A DNA stretch of 64,000 nucleotides, from positions 137,394,001-137,458,000 of the forward strand of contig NW_024704742.1 of NCBI RefSeq assembly GCF_018977255.1, written 5' to 3'. Within the stretch, counting starts at the first letter, position 1. The number at the start of each line of letters is the position of its first letter. Below, piece by piece: positions 12,326 to 25,440 of the stretch. The notes under the pieces were generated by a model, which was not told where the DNA came from, made no database searches, and saw only the letters and a list, made by a program, of their open reading frames with translations. Source of the stretch: Callorhinchus milii (Eukaryota). A program made the translations under genes and the position numbers.

Positions 12326-13360
12326 CTCTATCACTACTCTATTGGTTTTGCATCTGTCTGAAATCTGCTTGCAGATTTACCCACCATCTCCTTCCCACTA
12401 TTTGGTGGTCTATAGTATACACCTAACAGAGTAACCGCTCTTTTTCAACTCCTTAATTCTAACCAAATAGATTCTGTTTTTGGACCCTCTAGAACATTGT
12501 CCCTTTCCAGGGACGTAACCGTGTCTTTAATCAATATTGCCGACCCCCCCACTCACTCCTTTTTTTTTCTTCCCCATCCCTCCTGAATACATTGTAGTCA
12601 GGAATATTCAGCTCCTATTCCTGCCCTTGTTTGAGCCAGGTCTCCGTTATTGCCACTACATCATAACCTGTGTGGCAACTTGAGCCGCAGATCACCAATC
12701 TTATTGCATTTAAGCACATTTCTTCCCCTTTCTTCTGGATGACTCCTTATTACATTGCTATTGGTCTCGCCCAGCCCTCTCCGTAACTTGTTTGTCCTCT
12801 CCAATGCTGCACCCTAATTCCCTTCCCTCTCAAAATTAGTTTAAACCTTTCCCCACAGCACTAGTTAACCTCCCTGTGAGGACATTGGTCCCAGCCCTAT
12901 TCAGGTGTAACCCATCCACCTTGTGCAGGTCCCACCTCACCCTGAACTGGTTCCAATTATCAAGGAACCTGAAGCCCTCCTTTCTGCACTATTTCTCCAG
13001 CCATGCATTCATGCTGTTTTGATACTCACTTGCACGAGGGAGTAATCCAGAGATCACCACCTTCGAGGTTATACTCGTTAGCTTTTTCCCTAGTTTCTGA
13101 TACTTTCCCTGAAGGATATCAGCCTTTTTTTTGCCTACGTCATGGATCTCAACATGGACCACGACTTCTGGATGTTCCTCTTCCCCCATGTTCTGCACCC
13201 GTTCGGTGGTTTTAAGGGAGAGCGCAGGGAGGTTGAGGTGTTTAGATCCGCAGGAGTGAAGGCATTGACGGGAGCCAAGGAGTACAGCTTCCGTCCTGTT
13301 CATATTCAGCTGCAGGAAGTTTACACTCATTCAAGCCCTGATGTCTGCCAGACAAGCTGA

Positions 13361-13682
13361 TAATAATAATAATAATCCTTGCATTTGATATAGCGCTTTT
13401 CACGTCGGGAGGACGTCCCAAAGCGCTTCACAGAACACACTGTAAAGTGAATTGACTGTATATCTGTGGGCGAACGCGGCAGCCAATTGCGCACAGCAAT
13501 GTCCCACAAACAGTCGTAGATTGAAAATGACCAATTTATTATTGTTTTTGGTTTTGGAGGGATTATTATTAGGCTCTGTGTGGAGTAAGGAAACTTGCCC
13601 AAGGTTTCGCCCTGTGCCTGGAATTTAACTCAGGTCTCTCACTTGCAAAGCGAGTGCTCTAACCACTGAGCTGCAGGACTCC
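13361..13682 (-). mobile_element. Full-length SINE, young short subfamily
   Basis: Nearly identical reverse complement of 12006-12325. Confidence 0.92.
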
Positions 13683-13813
13683 ACTAGATAGACCAGCGAC
13701 AGACCTGGAGTTGGTACTGGAGGAGGCAAAGTAAATTTGCATGTCATCCGCCGACATGTGGAAGTTTTTCCCCCATGTCGGCGGATGACATTGCCCAGAG
13801 GGAGCATATAGAT

Positions 13814-14123
13814 GGAGTCCTGTAGCTCAGTAGTTAGAGCACTCGCTTTGCAAGTGAGACACCTGGGTTCAATTCCAGGCAGGGCAAAACCTTGGGCAAG
13901 TTTCCTTACTCCACACGCCTATTAATAATCCCTCCAAAACAAAAATAAATTGGTCATTTTCAATCCACGACTGGGATTGTGGGACACTGCTGTGCGCAAT
14001 TGGCTATCGCGTTTCGCCCGCAGATATAACGTCAATTCACTTTCCAGCATATTCTGTGAAGCGTTTTGAGACGTCGAGAAGACGTAAAAAGCATTATATC
14101 AAATGCAAGGATTATTATTATTA
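13814..14123 (+). mobile_element. Full-length SINE, short subfamily
   Basis: Head, core and tail intact; flanked by TSD tatagatg. Confidence 0.92.
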
Positions 14124-14916
14124 TAGATGAGGAAAAGAAGAGGGCCAAGGATGGAGCCCTGGGGTACTCCGCATGTGACTGGGCGGGTTGGGAGGAGAAA
14201 TCATTTGCCGAGATGAAATGGAAGTGGTTGGTTAAGTAGGACTTGAACCATGCGAGTGTGGTCTCACTAAGGTGGCTGAAGGAGAGACAGTGGAGGAGGA
14301 TGGCAGAGAGATCCAGGACAAGGAGGCAGCGGGAACCCTAGTCACAAATAGACACTGTTTGTGACTTTGACAAGCGCTGTTTCTGGTGACCAGACTGCAG
14401 GGGCTCGCGTAGGGAGAGGTGTGACCGAAGTTAAGCTGCAATAATGCGTTCCAGGACTCAGTATAATACCATAATATGAGTATGAACCACAGACAATGTA
14501 ACAGCACAAGGTGAATGTGAGTGTGAGCCACAGTGTTACAGCACAATGCGAGTGTGAATCATCAACAACAACTTGGATTTATATAGCGCCCTCCACGCCG
14601 GACGGCGTCACAGACAATGTTACAATAACAGGATGCACACAAAGTCCTGTTAACCATGTTTCCTACAGCGCACTGACCAACAACTGAAACATGATCAGAA
14701 TTGTATTTCGAAGTACGTAATTGTATTCAGTACAAGTGTTTAACTGTATTTAGATGTCCAGAGGATCGGTGTAAGTGTGTGAGTGAGTGCCATCATTTTT
14801 ATCTCAGATACTCCGTGGCCATGTTTGATGCGACGGATGTGGGTAACAGGACTTTGTAGACACCCTGTACCTTTCCTAAAGATCACAATGTCTGAGACTC
14901 GAGCCGGCAGACTGAC

Positions 14917-15099
14917 CTTCGGGGGCACATTTCTCCACCACCAGACCTCGGTTCTGCACGGTGTTCACCGTGAACTCCTGATGCCCGTAGGAGAAGGCTT
15001 CCTGGACGCCAGCAGCTGCAAGAAGATTGTCCACATTCAGTACCTCGGGCTCCGAGTTAGTGTCAGATATATAATAGTGCGGAACCACTGGAGGCCCAT
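14917..15099 (-). CDS. ARK2N: ARK2N coding exon 3 (183 nt, phase 1-1)
   Basis: DGPPVVPHYYISDTNSEPEVLNVDNLLAAA matches C18orf25 DGPPVVAHYDMSDTNSDPEVVNVDNLLAAA. Acceptor tgttctcag|AT; donor GAAG|gtcagt. Confidence 0.93.
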
Positions 15100-15451
15100 C
15101 TGAGAACACAATGCAAAGGAGGCCGGTAAACACGTGCAACAGGGAGAGACAGACAGGGAGACAGAGAGAGGGAGCAGGCAACTACGATCAGCATCTCAAC
15201 AGTGCATTCACCCCTACACAGCTTCGTGACTGGCGTGGAGGGGGGTGATAGGTAGGTAAGGGTGGCTTTTCTTCACTCCTTGGCTGGCTGTAAAGCCCCA
15301 CAATATTCTGTAAAGTGCTTTGAGACTTCTCGATGACGTGATAAGGAGCTATATCAAATACAAGGATTATTATTATTATTACTTGGCTGGCTGTAATGTT
15401 CCACAATATTCTGTGAAGCGCTTTGAGATGCCTCAACAGTGTGATTAGGCC

Positions 15452-15975
15452 CTAGAACCAGAGGACACGGCCTTTGATTGAAGGGGGGGTTAAATTCTGA
15501 ACAAATCTGCGGAAACACTAATTCAGTGAGCGAGTAGTAGATGTGTGAAACAGGCTCCCTAGGGAGATGGTGGAAGCAGAAGGTGTTGATTCTTTCTAAA
15601 GCAAATTAGATAAGATTCCAGTTAGGAAATAATCTATTGAGATTTTTTGGGGCGTCAGCCGGGTATCTGACACACGTGGAAACCCATCACCGTGCTTAAG
15701 AGCATCCAAACCAAACTGAGAATTCCATGCATCCCACGTACACATGGAAATCCCAGAGAGAGATTGTTGGAATGGAATCTCTCTCCCCTGGGGGGACATT
15801 CCCTAGGAAGACGGTGAAAGCTGAAAGTGTTGATTCTTTCAAAAGCAAATTAGGATTCTTTTAGGAAATAATATCTGGGGATACAGTATATAGTCTGGGA
15901 CATGACTGCCAGGATAGTGGAAGGCGAACTGGGTGGACCTTTGTCCATCACCAGCAAATTCTTATGTTCTAATAT
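15452..15975 (+). mobile_element. CR1 3' fragment with internal duplication
   Basis: RTRGH-like start. The segment ccctagg...gttgattcttt..aaagcaaattag occurs twice (~15557 and ~15801). Confidence 0.7.
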
Positions 15976-17357
15976 CAAATGCAAGAATTATTATAAAATG
16001 GAGACTGGACAGAGCCCAGAATTTACACACGAAGAGGAAGACTACAGAATCATGAAGCCCAGTGCTCACCAAGTTTTGAAGTGAAAATAAGAGTTGTTTT
16101 TGGAAAGGGGAGGAGAGAAAGAGAGGGAAGGGGGAAATGTACATCAATTTCCAAGCCAGTTCACTCTCTAGGATTTTCTGAAAAGGCCCTGCAATAGGCC
16201 CTGAAATTCCACCCGGTCTCAGCCTGCGAGACCTGCGTCTACATAAAAATAAAGAAAACTGAGCAAAGATTGAAAAATGTAACCAATGAAAATTCTTCAA
16301 TCCAGTCCTTAATATGCAGCCGCTTCCTTAAAAAAAGTGGAAAAATTGCTTCAAGTCTAAAGGCTGGATTCAACAATAACAGATTACATTTTCACATCGG
16401 GAGGACGTCTCAAATCGCTGGACAGTCAAGGTTTTCGACCCAAGTTGGAGGCTGGGATTCAAGATTTTTCCACAAGTCTGCTCTATCTAACAGTGTCCCC
16501 GGCGGATTTCAGGCCTCAAAAGGGTTGGAGTCTATCAGTTCACAGTCCAGTGTGGGCAGTGCTGCATCGGGTTTTACAAATACTTCCTTCTGGACAAGTG
16601 GGCGGAGGGGAGAGAAGGGAGAACAGCGGCAACATAAAGGAAGGCAGGGTCTCGGATAAGATCTAGAACGTCCCTTCTGAGTGAGTTCAGTGAATCCCTC
16701 ATTCGCCTACAAATACAGTCACTATGCTTTACAGTAAATCCGTCAAGCGTTTTGAGATGATTCTAGGCCGTGATATGGCACCACATCACACATATTTCGC
16801 CCACAATTTTACAGTCTATTCTGTGAAGGGCTGTGAGTGGTCTCGTAGACGTGATAATGCGTTATATCAAATGCAAGGATTATATTATTACATCTTGAAC
16901 TTCAGTGAATGGGGAGAATATTCCCAAACTAGTCGCCCAACATCAAAACACACAACGCTATGCTATCAGAGCAAGAATAAACTCACTGTTTCCCTTCCAC
17001 CCACCATGAAGACACTGCTTGCTACAGCTCGCTCACTACAGGTTCCAATACAAACCTTAAAACGCACAACTTGCAATGATCTACCTCAGGCACTGGCCAA
17101 CATAAAGGTCTATCAAATGCAATCTTCTCTATCTATTCACAGATCATCCCAGGGTGAGAAGGTGGTCACTATCCCTCTTCCCGCTATTTCACAGTAAAGA
17201 GGTGCTCTCTCCTGGTGAATGTGCCCCTCCTCTCCCTCCCAAATTCATCTAAACCAGTAACATACTGATAAAGTGCTTTCTGGATGTTTCTCGCCCACAA
17301 ATACAGTCACTACACTTTACACTGAAGCCTGTCCAGCCCTCTGAGAGCTTTCTAGGA

Positions 17358-17495
17358 CACGAGGAGATGTTTGCAGGGCTATGGGGAGAGAGCGGGGGAA
17401 GGGGATTGATTTGGAAGCCCTTTTCAAAGAGCCGGCACAGACACGATCGACCGAATGGCCTCCTTCTGTGCTGTATAATTCTATGATTCTATGAC
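17358..17495 (+). mobile_element. CR1 3' end
   Basis: gagccggcacagacacga...ccgaatggcctccttctgtgctgtataattctatgattctatg. Confidence 0.85.
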
Positions 17496-18083
17496 ACAAT
17501 ACGGCACCATATCAGATGCAGAAGTTATTTATTTCAACTAATATTTGACAGTGGCAAAAACAATGGATGAGCGAGAATTCATAAGCGCTTTCACAAGCGA
17601 ATGTGGCAAATATTTAAAATAAAACCATAAAAAGGTGTGTGTTTTGTGGTGTGTGTGGGAAGGATTGAAGTGCAGGGGAGTGAGCCTAAGCAGATAGCTC
17701 CATCAGAAAGCCAACACAGAGATGATGGGCTGAATGGCCTTTTTCTGTTTTGTGACATTCTATGTTGTTAATCTGGCCAACAACAAACCAGATAAAATTA
17801 GTCATTCATTTCACAGCTGATTGTGGGGCATTGATGCGTGCAAATTGGCTGCCACGTTACCTCTACTACACACTTTCTCTGAGTTTCCCCTCAAGGGAAA
17901 GTTAATGCTGAGGAACTGATGATGATTTTCCTATTTAGCAACATAAAGAATCTCGAATCTCCGCAGCCAATATCTCCGTAAGACTGAACAAGCCACACAC
18001 ACCATAGGGTTATAAAAACCAAACATGGGGAATGATCTGAAATCCAATTCCAGCTCTGAATTTAGAGGAAAGCACCACATTGG

Positions 18084-18435
18084 GGAGTCCCGTGGTGTAG
18101 TGGTTAGTGCGTTTGCATCACAAGCGAGAGGACGGGTTTAATTCCTGGGTGGGGCGAAACCTTAGGCAAGTTTCCTTACTCCACACGCCTCTGTTTACCG
18201 AGCACCAGTAAGTAGGAACCAGGTTGTTAATCGATTGGCGGTCACTTTCCAGGGATAATAATCCCTCCACTCCCCCAAAAATGTGGTCACTCAAACCACA
18301 AGTGTTTATGGGACACTGTTGTGTGTAATTAGCTGCTGTGTTTCACCCACAAAATACAGTCGCTTCATTTTACAATACATAGCATGTGAAACGGCATGGT
18401 AAGGCACTATATCAAATGCAAAGACTATTATTATT
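18084..18435 (+). mobile_element. tRNA-derived SINE, long form
   Basis: Head, gcctctgtttacc..agtaagtaggaacc segment, Deu-like core and tail. Confidence 0.88.
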
Positions 18436-20147
18436 TTGACTGTCAAAGATCCTAACCTTGAGATGAGAATTTAAACCAAGGTCACACCTGTGCCTGTTCA
18501 GGTGGACGTTAAAAGATCCCATGACGCTATTGGAAAATGAGAAGGGAGTTTTTCCTGTGTCCTGGCCAATTATCCTCCAGATAAATTGGGTATTCACTTC
18601 CTAGGTTGTTTGTGGGAAGTTGCCGAGAACGAACTGGCTGCCAATAAAACAATCACTCCACTCGCCAGCAATCACCTTCGCTTTGGAGGTGTTCTGAAGG
18701 TTAAGGGAATATAAAATGACAGGATAATCACAAGAGGCTTAAGGTGTGAAGAAAGGTTTCTGCACGGAGGGGAGTTAGGAACTGACACCGTGTTTCAAGG
18801 ATAAAACCACACACGGTGACCTGAGGCAAGGTCTCCACAAGGGGTCGGCACTGGGCAGATTTTCCTCGTCAACTTCACAGAGCAAAAGAAAAGGCATTCA
18901 ACTGTGTGTTACGTCAGCACTTCCCACAGCGTCTCAGTCGCCACATGTACCCGCTCCAGTTTACTGCTCATCACCTGCTCCACCATCAGAGATCAAGCTT
19001 TCAGCCACTATCAGCCATTCATCCAGTCCTCCTTTGCTGACTTCACGACAGCCCCCGCAGCAAACAATTCCCATCTACCTTCACCTGCGACGTCAGTCAC
19101 TTCTATATTCCTTCCACTTCAACAATAACAACAAATACCATTTATCTAGCGCCTTTCACGTTGGGAGGACGACTCGCTTAGTGCCCTTTGCCACCTGCTT
19201 TGTCAGGTTCTCTTACGTGGGCCAGCGCTGTATAAAACACACAGTTCCTGTTTGCCCAACACAGACACAAGTCAATCAACTGACAGCACAGCAAACAGCC
19301 AATAACGTGAAACTTTTATGGCAAATCCGACTGTAGAAACCTTGTGTGCGGAAAGGATTGTGGTGAGAGACAAAGAGGAGAAAAAAATGGTGTCAAAATA
19401 GTTTGTCGATTATCCCTGCGAAAAATAACTATTTTCGACTGGAAATGGCACTTTGCCCGAACACCACCCACTCCCCCTCCCCACGATCGAATGGTTTCTC
19501 TGTCAATTTGCTTGCCATCTTTTTGTAAAAAGGACCGAGATTTTGACTCCAGCCTAGTAGTAGAAGGGCTTCGAAAGCCAACACACTCATTGGTCTTTAA
19601 CTGACAAAGCAACGTGAAGTGTATTCTCTCTGCAGCCTGATTAAACGTTTCCCAACCTTGGAGAGGTGACAGCCATCATCGCTCTCAAACGCCCGGATGG
19701 GGAAATTTTCTTGAAGTTTCGTGGTGTGAGAGAGGAAGCAAAGAGGACAGGTGTTCAGTCCTAATCCAGGCATTCAAGGTCCCGACTGCCTGCTCAGGTG
19801 AATGTTAAAGATCCTGTGACACCACTGGAAAAAAGGGAGTTTCGCTCTCTCTCTCTCTCTCTCTCTCCCCGGGGTCCTGGCTCTGACAACCCCCCAGGTA
19901 AAATTCATCACTCACTTCATGGCTGTTTGTGGGACATTTATTGTAAAGTCCTTTTAAGTGCTTTGAGATGTCTCAGCAACGAGATAAAGCATTGTGTCAA
20001 ATGCAAAGGATTATTAGTAAGCAGTTTCCAGGGTATAAAGCGGTCCTTAATTATCCTGAGATTTAGCCACACCACAATTTTGACCTCTGTAGCAGAACAG
20101 ATCTGTTACAGCTTCACAAATTGAGATCTCAACACTCAAAATTCAAT

Positions 20148-20489
20148 GATAATAATAATCTGTGCATTGGATGTAGCACCCTATCAAGTCACTGAGACAT
20201 CTCAAAGCGTTTCACAGAATATACTGTAAAGTGAATTGACTGTGTATTTTGTGGGCAAAACCCGGCAGCCAATTGCACACAAACAGTCCTGGTTTGAGTG
20301 GCCAAATTTATCTATTACCCTCAGAAAGCGATCTGCCAATCGATTAACCACCGGGTTCCCACCTACTGGTAGATAAACAGATGCGTGTGGAGTATGGAAA
20401 TTTGCTTAAGGTTTCATCCCAACCAGGAATCAAACAAGGGTCCTCTCGTTTACAAGGTGAGTGCGCTAACCACTACTCTACACGACTTC
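20148..20489 (-). mobile_element. tRNA-derived SINE, long form
   Basis: Reverse complement of the family pattern. Confidence 0.86.
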
Positions 20490-20898
20490 ACCATATACAC
20501 AATCTTTCAATACACGTTGTTACTGCCCACAAGTGTGAAGACTCTGCAGATCTGTGCTTTGTGGATTTAAGCACCGTTACTAACACCAGTTTGAATGAAA
20601 TAAAATGATGAAATTATTTTAACATGTTCCTGGAGCTTTATATGGACATCTGCCTACACATCCTTTATCTAATCACTTTTGAGACATTTATTTCAGGGGG
20701 TATTTGACTGTACTCTAGCTGAGAAGATCGATGGGTGACCTGACAGAAGTCTCAGAGGTGTTACAGGGTAAACAGTAATAGATTCCTGAGGAATTCAAAA
20801 ATGAATCAAAGGGGAGGGTAAAGAAAATATCTTTACAGAATGAGTTGGAATATGGAATTTCAAAGTGACTTGAGGCAGACTGAATTAGATAGAAGCTT

Positions 20899-21305
20899 GG
20901 AGAGTCCCATAATTTAGAGGTTAGAGCACCCGTCTCGCAAGCGAGAGGACCCGGGTTCGATTCCTGGACAGGCCAAAACCTTAAACAAGTTTTCTTACTC
21001 CACATGCCTCTGTTTACCTAGCAGTAAGTAGTAAGCTGGTTATTTGTCAATTGGCGGATCGCTTTCTGGGGGTAATAATCCCTTCCCCAAAAAATATGGT
21101 TTCACTCAATCCATGACTGTTTTGTGGGACACAGCTGTGCGCAATTGGCTGCTGTGTTTCGCCCACAAAACACACAATTTACTATATATTCTTTACGATA
21201 TATTCTGTGATACGATCAATCCACTTTTACAATATAAACTGTGAAGTGCTTTGAGACGTCTTAACGATGTGATAAATTGCCAAATTAAATGCAAAGATTA
21301 TTATT
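20899..21305 (+). mobile_element. tRNA-derived SINE, long form
   Basis: B box ggttcgattcc, core, and tail with a short internal duplication. Confidence 0.88.
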
Positions 21306-22538
21306 ATACAAGGAGGAACATTGAAGGATCTTGAAGGGGGGGAAGTTGCTTAGGAAGAGTGTGGGTGGGGCGGGGGTGAGGGGGGGGTTAAGGCTGCTTT
21401 AAGAGAAAACCAGCAGTGCAGACTTGCTAGTTAACATTATAGCATTCTGTACTCTAATCTTCCTCACCTGTGCACAAGATGTGGGTCAGAAGAGACTTCA
21501 GAGTGGGTGAATATAGGAATAAGGTGGGTTTAGAGACAGTGAGATCGGGGAGGATTAGCAGAACACAAGTTAATTCAACCAACGATACAAAAAAAGGCCT
21601 GAAACGTACCTAGCTGTTAGTGTTAACAGGGCAACAATCTGGATTTACTACACAGAGCCAGCCCTCTCTTATCTAGATAAAGCATGCATCATCATTCAGA
21701 TACAGAGGAAGACAAGACATGATCAGAAGGAGGTGGGTTTATTGGGGAGAGGGAGTGTTAACAAAAGAGGGCAAGGATTTCAGAACATTACATGGTGACT
21801 GCGTGATTAAAATGGATTCTTCCTGCCTCGTTACAACCTAAAAACAAAGGTGGTAGAGGGGAGAGGGAGATTAGAGGAAATCTTATATCACGGTATAGTT
21901 TTAAACCAACATTTGCAGTCACTTAATACCTCGTCCAAACACCACTCTGCGTGGGTGAGCCTAGACTGCAAACATTTCTGTAGAAAACGTCAACCAATTC
22001 TGCGTAACCATAACTTAAGTCCAGGGGGGATTTCTGGTTCTGTCACTGCGGTTGAGTCTAGAAATCGAGAGCTCGACTCCCTCTACAACACAACTCCCTG
22101 GTCCCTGCGCTGAAATTTATCGAGACTGAACTTATACGATTAATATTTTAATCACCAGTTTCTCATTCATGTCAATTTTGTGTTTTAAAAATATAACGGC
22201 TGTTCTATAAGGGCCCAAAACAACAACAAAAAAAAGTCAAATAAAGGAACTTCATTGAATGTCATTACATTTCGCCCACAAAATATACAGTTAATTCACT
22301 TTACAGTATATTCTGCGAAGTGCTTTGAGACTTATCAACAACACGATCAGGCGCTATATCAAATGCAAGGATTACTTCTAATGTTATTACAAAAAAGCTG
22401 TGAGTAAATTGGCTGGCTGTATTGTCACGGTTATACTATACACATACGGTCAGGGTCACTGGAAACACAAACACTTAGTGACATGCAACATACAGCAGAC
22501 ACGTCTGATCATGCAAATATACATACTTCAGCACCTAC

Positions 22539-22640
22539 CCTTTATAATACGCTTTGCCAAATAATCCCAGTCTTCAGTCAGACAGTATAGGCACATCGGG
22601 GTATTTCTGCTGCTGTGGGGGTCCGGAATCCTCCGCGATA
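22539..22640 (-). CDS. ARK2N: Candidate extra ARK2N exon (102-nt in-frame cassette, or alternative first exon using ATG at 22596)
   Basis: Donor AAGG|gtaggt is phase 1. Acceptor cttgctctgctcag|TA is phase 1. Encodes VSRRIPDPHSSRNTPMCLYCLTEDWDYLAKRIIK with no stop. Confidence 0.45.
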
Positions 22641-25440
22641 CTGAGCAGAGCAAGCCGGCGAGATTAAAGAGCTGTGTTTGGTCCAAATCGCCACCAAGGA
22701 TTGTTTTTGGTGGTGGGTGGGGGGTGGGAGTAAGTGGAAAGCAGGGGGAGTAAGGAAAAGAGAAGAGGGGAGATCGACGGGGTTTTGAGATAGCATACAA
22801 GATAAAAGGAGACTCTTGTCCAGGGGCTGGGGGGAGAGAGAGTGAGGAGGGAGGGGAGGGGTGGAGTAGGAAGAGAGAAAGGTAGAGCACCCAAAAGGGC
22901 TTGTGATGTGACTTGAGGCCAGATAAATTGCTGATAAAAATCAATGTGAACCACATGATTGGTTTCTTTTCAATAAAAGTTTATCACCCAAAAATACCAC
23001 AGAGAGATGTTAAGATTTGTACACACACGCACGCACACACACACACACACCCGCGCGCCTGAAACACCCAACCCTCAAAACAGTGGATAAAGCAGAATCC
23101 ATCAATGGCTTTCAAAAGAGAATTGGACAACAATTTCAAAAGGAAAAACAATTAAGAGGAGATTGGTGGGAAAGGGCAGGGGAGTGGAGCTAAAACCGAG
23201 AGCTTGTTTCAACGATGTGATAGGGCTCTGTATCAAATGCAATGATTATTATTATTATTGTTATTGATCAGAGAGCCAGCCCTCTGTGCTGTACCTTCTA
23301 CAAAGCGATAACGCGCTCAGCAATCAATTTGAGATTTCCAGCTCAATGAAATCACAAATCCAAACTGGAAACATGAGCTACCTCCAGTCACTGGGCAACT
23401 GCAAAATAGCCAGAAGCTGACGAGTTGATGTTTCACACAGGTCACGGAAGGGTTGAAACATGACGTGTGGACACACTGGCGAACACTATGCACGTTTAGA
23501 CCAGGAAAGGGAATGGAAAAAGAGAAGCCAGAGCTCCCTTTTCTGATCTCAGGCCAAAGGATGACCTCTGCTGGAAAGCATTCACAAACTGACAGGGGAT
23601 AGGAGGGATTCAGGTTGGTCTGCGATGCGGAACTCCCCCAATAAGGTCTCATTCACTCCCACTCCTCACTCCCTACATCTCTCAGCTTCGATTACCTTGG
23701 GCATCTTGGATGGCCAACAATGCACCTGAAAGACTGTGGTCCTGATATATAAACTCAGTCATGTAATGGGAAGGTTTAGGTGGATATTGTAGGAGGATGA
23801 GATCAAAGGGGCTTCATCCAAACCCCTCTTGTGATGGAATTTTCTGAGGATTCTCACAGACGGGGCTGGCACACTGACAGTGGAGCCATAGCCCCAGCAC
23901 ATGCCAATGCCTTCAGGATGTGATGGAGGAGAGAATGTGGCAAAGCCACACACTTGGATTCTGGGTCTCTGTCTCTCAGCTGCGATGTCAAAGATACACT
24001 CACACAAGTGAACAAATAAAAACATATCAAATAAGCAATGTACAGATTGGATTAATTCAACACAGTGTCACTACATTGAGATCTTTTTGCCTTGTGAAAG
24101 CATGGAAAAGGCCAATCAGCCCATCAAGTCAGTTCTGCCTTTTATTAGTTTATTTGATCAGCGCAAATCTACTTCTTCATATGCCTTAACATCTTTACTT
24201 CCCAAGGATCTCTCTTCCTTTTAAACACACCAATTGTTTCTGCCTCTATGGAATGGAGAAGTGTGTCACAACCACAGTCCATTTGCCTTGTTCCCTTCCT
24301 TGCTTCTTTCAAAGCCTGTCTCAAGACCCTACTCTTCGACTGCGCCGTCGGTCACCCTCCTTGATCCTACCCTCCCTGCCCTCCACCCTTTCTGATCCCA
24401 ACCTTGTGCTTAGGTCCAAATTCCCTGACTGTCCAGTGCCTTGGAACATCCCCCCGACATGAAAGGTGCTATGTAAGTGTAATTGGCACAGCCTCTTCCA
24501 CACTGTTGTTGGATCCCTAGCTGGGTTGCTGAGACAACCCTATGTAAATGCACAGGTCACAGCTTTGATGTCAGCTTCACAAGCTGCTTGCTCAGATATG
24601 TAGCCTTGGAAATGAAAAAGCTCCAAAGGAACCAAGCAATGACAATAAATCAGCTTTGGCCCATCTGATCTTATCCTTCCAGAATTTCCATGACATTATC
24701 CCACTAGTCTCTACCACCCTTACCTTTGGCGCCACTAATTGCCCTCAGTGTTACATAACACAAACACCTAGTATTTTTTCTGAAATAGCCTTTCACAATT
24801 CTCGAGCTGTGCTCTGGAGTACGAGTATTGTACTGGGTTTACTTTCTCTATCTCATGCACCGGACTCGGGTGCAAACGCAAATGCAATTAAATGCATATG
24901 CATTAGAATTTGTGTTTAAATGTGTTCTGAGACACAAGCTATTATGACTTGCATTTTTCTCAAGCGCTCTGGGATGCTACCCGGCCTGTGCAAGGGGCTC
25001 TCTATAAATTCATGTTGTTGTTGTTATCTAAATGTCTGGGTGACACATCTGAAGTTGACCAAATACATTTGTAATATTTTCAAATGCTTAAAGGAATACT
25101 CAATGAATCTGATGCTGTAGAGTTTTCAGTATTGCAGCGACGATATTTTGTCCAGAAAGAGCCCGCATTAGAAAGAGCCCACACGAGAATCTCTATGTGC
25201 AACTTTTTATTAAATGCACTGAGCTTTGTGTTTGAACTTGATAATTTTGACATGTTATGACTCGAGTATTGCCTTTAGACGTATAGATGTAGTTTGTAAT
25301 GTTTAATAGGAAGCTCTTTTGAGTAAATGCTCTGAAGTGTTGCATTTATTTCTGCCCGAAAAGAAAATCCACATTGGCATCCAGTACATTTTTTAAAAAT
25401 ATATTTGCATTTAGAACCAACACATTTGAATCTGCCTTTA

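Larger units (their letters stand above)
8188..13190 (-). mobile_element. CR1 LINE split into pieces (~8188-8340, 10261-11480, 12326-13190)
   Basis: (attctatg)n tail at 8188. Remnants LETLGLFSLEQRRLRGDLIEVF, LNWKRANF, GDFNY..I.W and an esterase-like VVVHV...KVVISGLLP segment. Confidence 0.8.
7495..14339 (-). mobile_element. L2 LINE split into pieces (~7495-8187, 13190-13360, 13683-13813, 14124-14339) by nested insertions
   Basis: Collinear RT/C-terminal remnants (GVPQGSILGPLLF, ADD, NFLQLN..TE, HAFVTSRLDY). Candidate TSD agtcacaa at 7487-7494 and 14340-14347. Confidence 0.8.

Noticed and set aside
16140..16240. Acceptor-like ttttctttatttttatgtag| with an early stop
   Set aside because: No convincing downstream donor.
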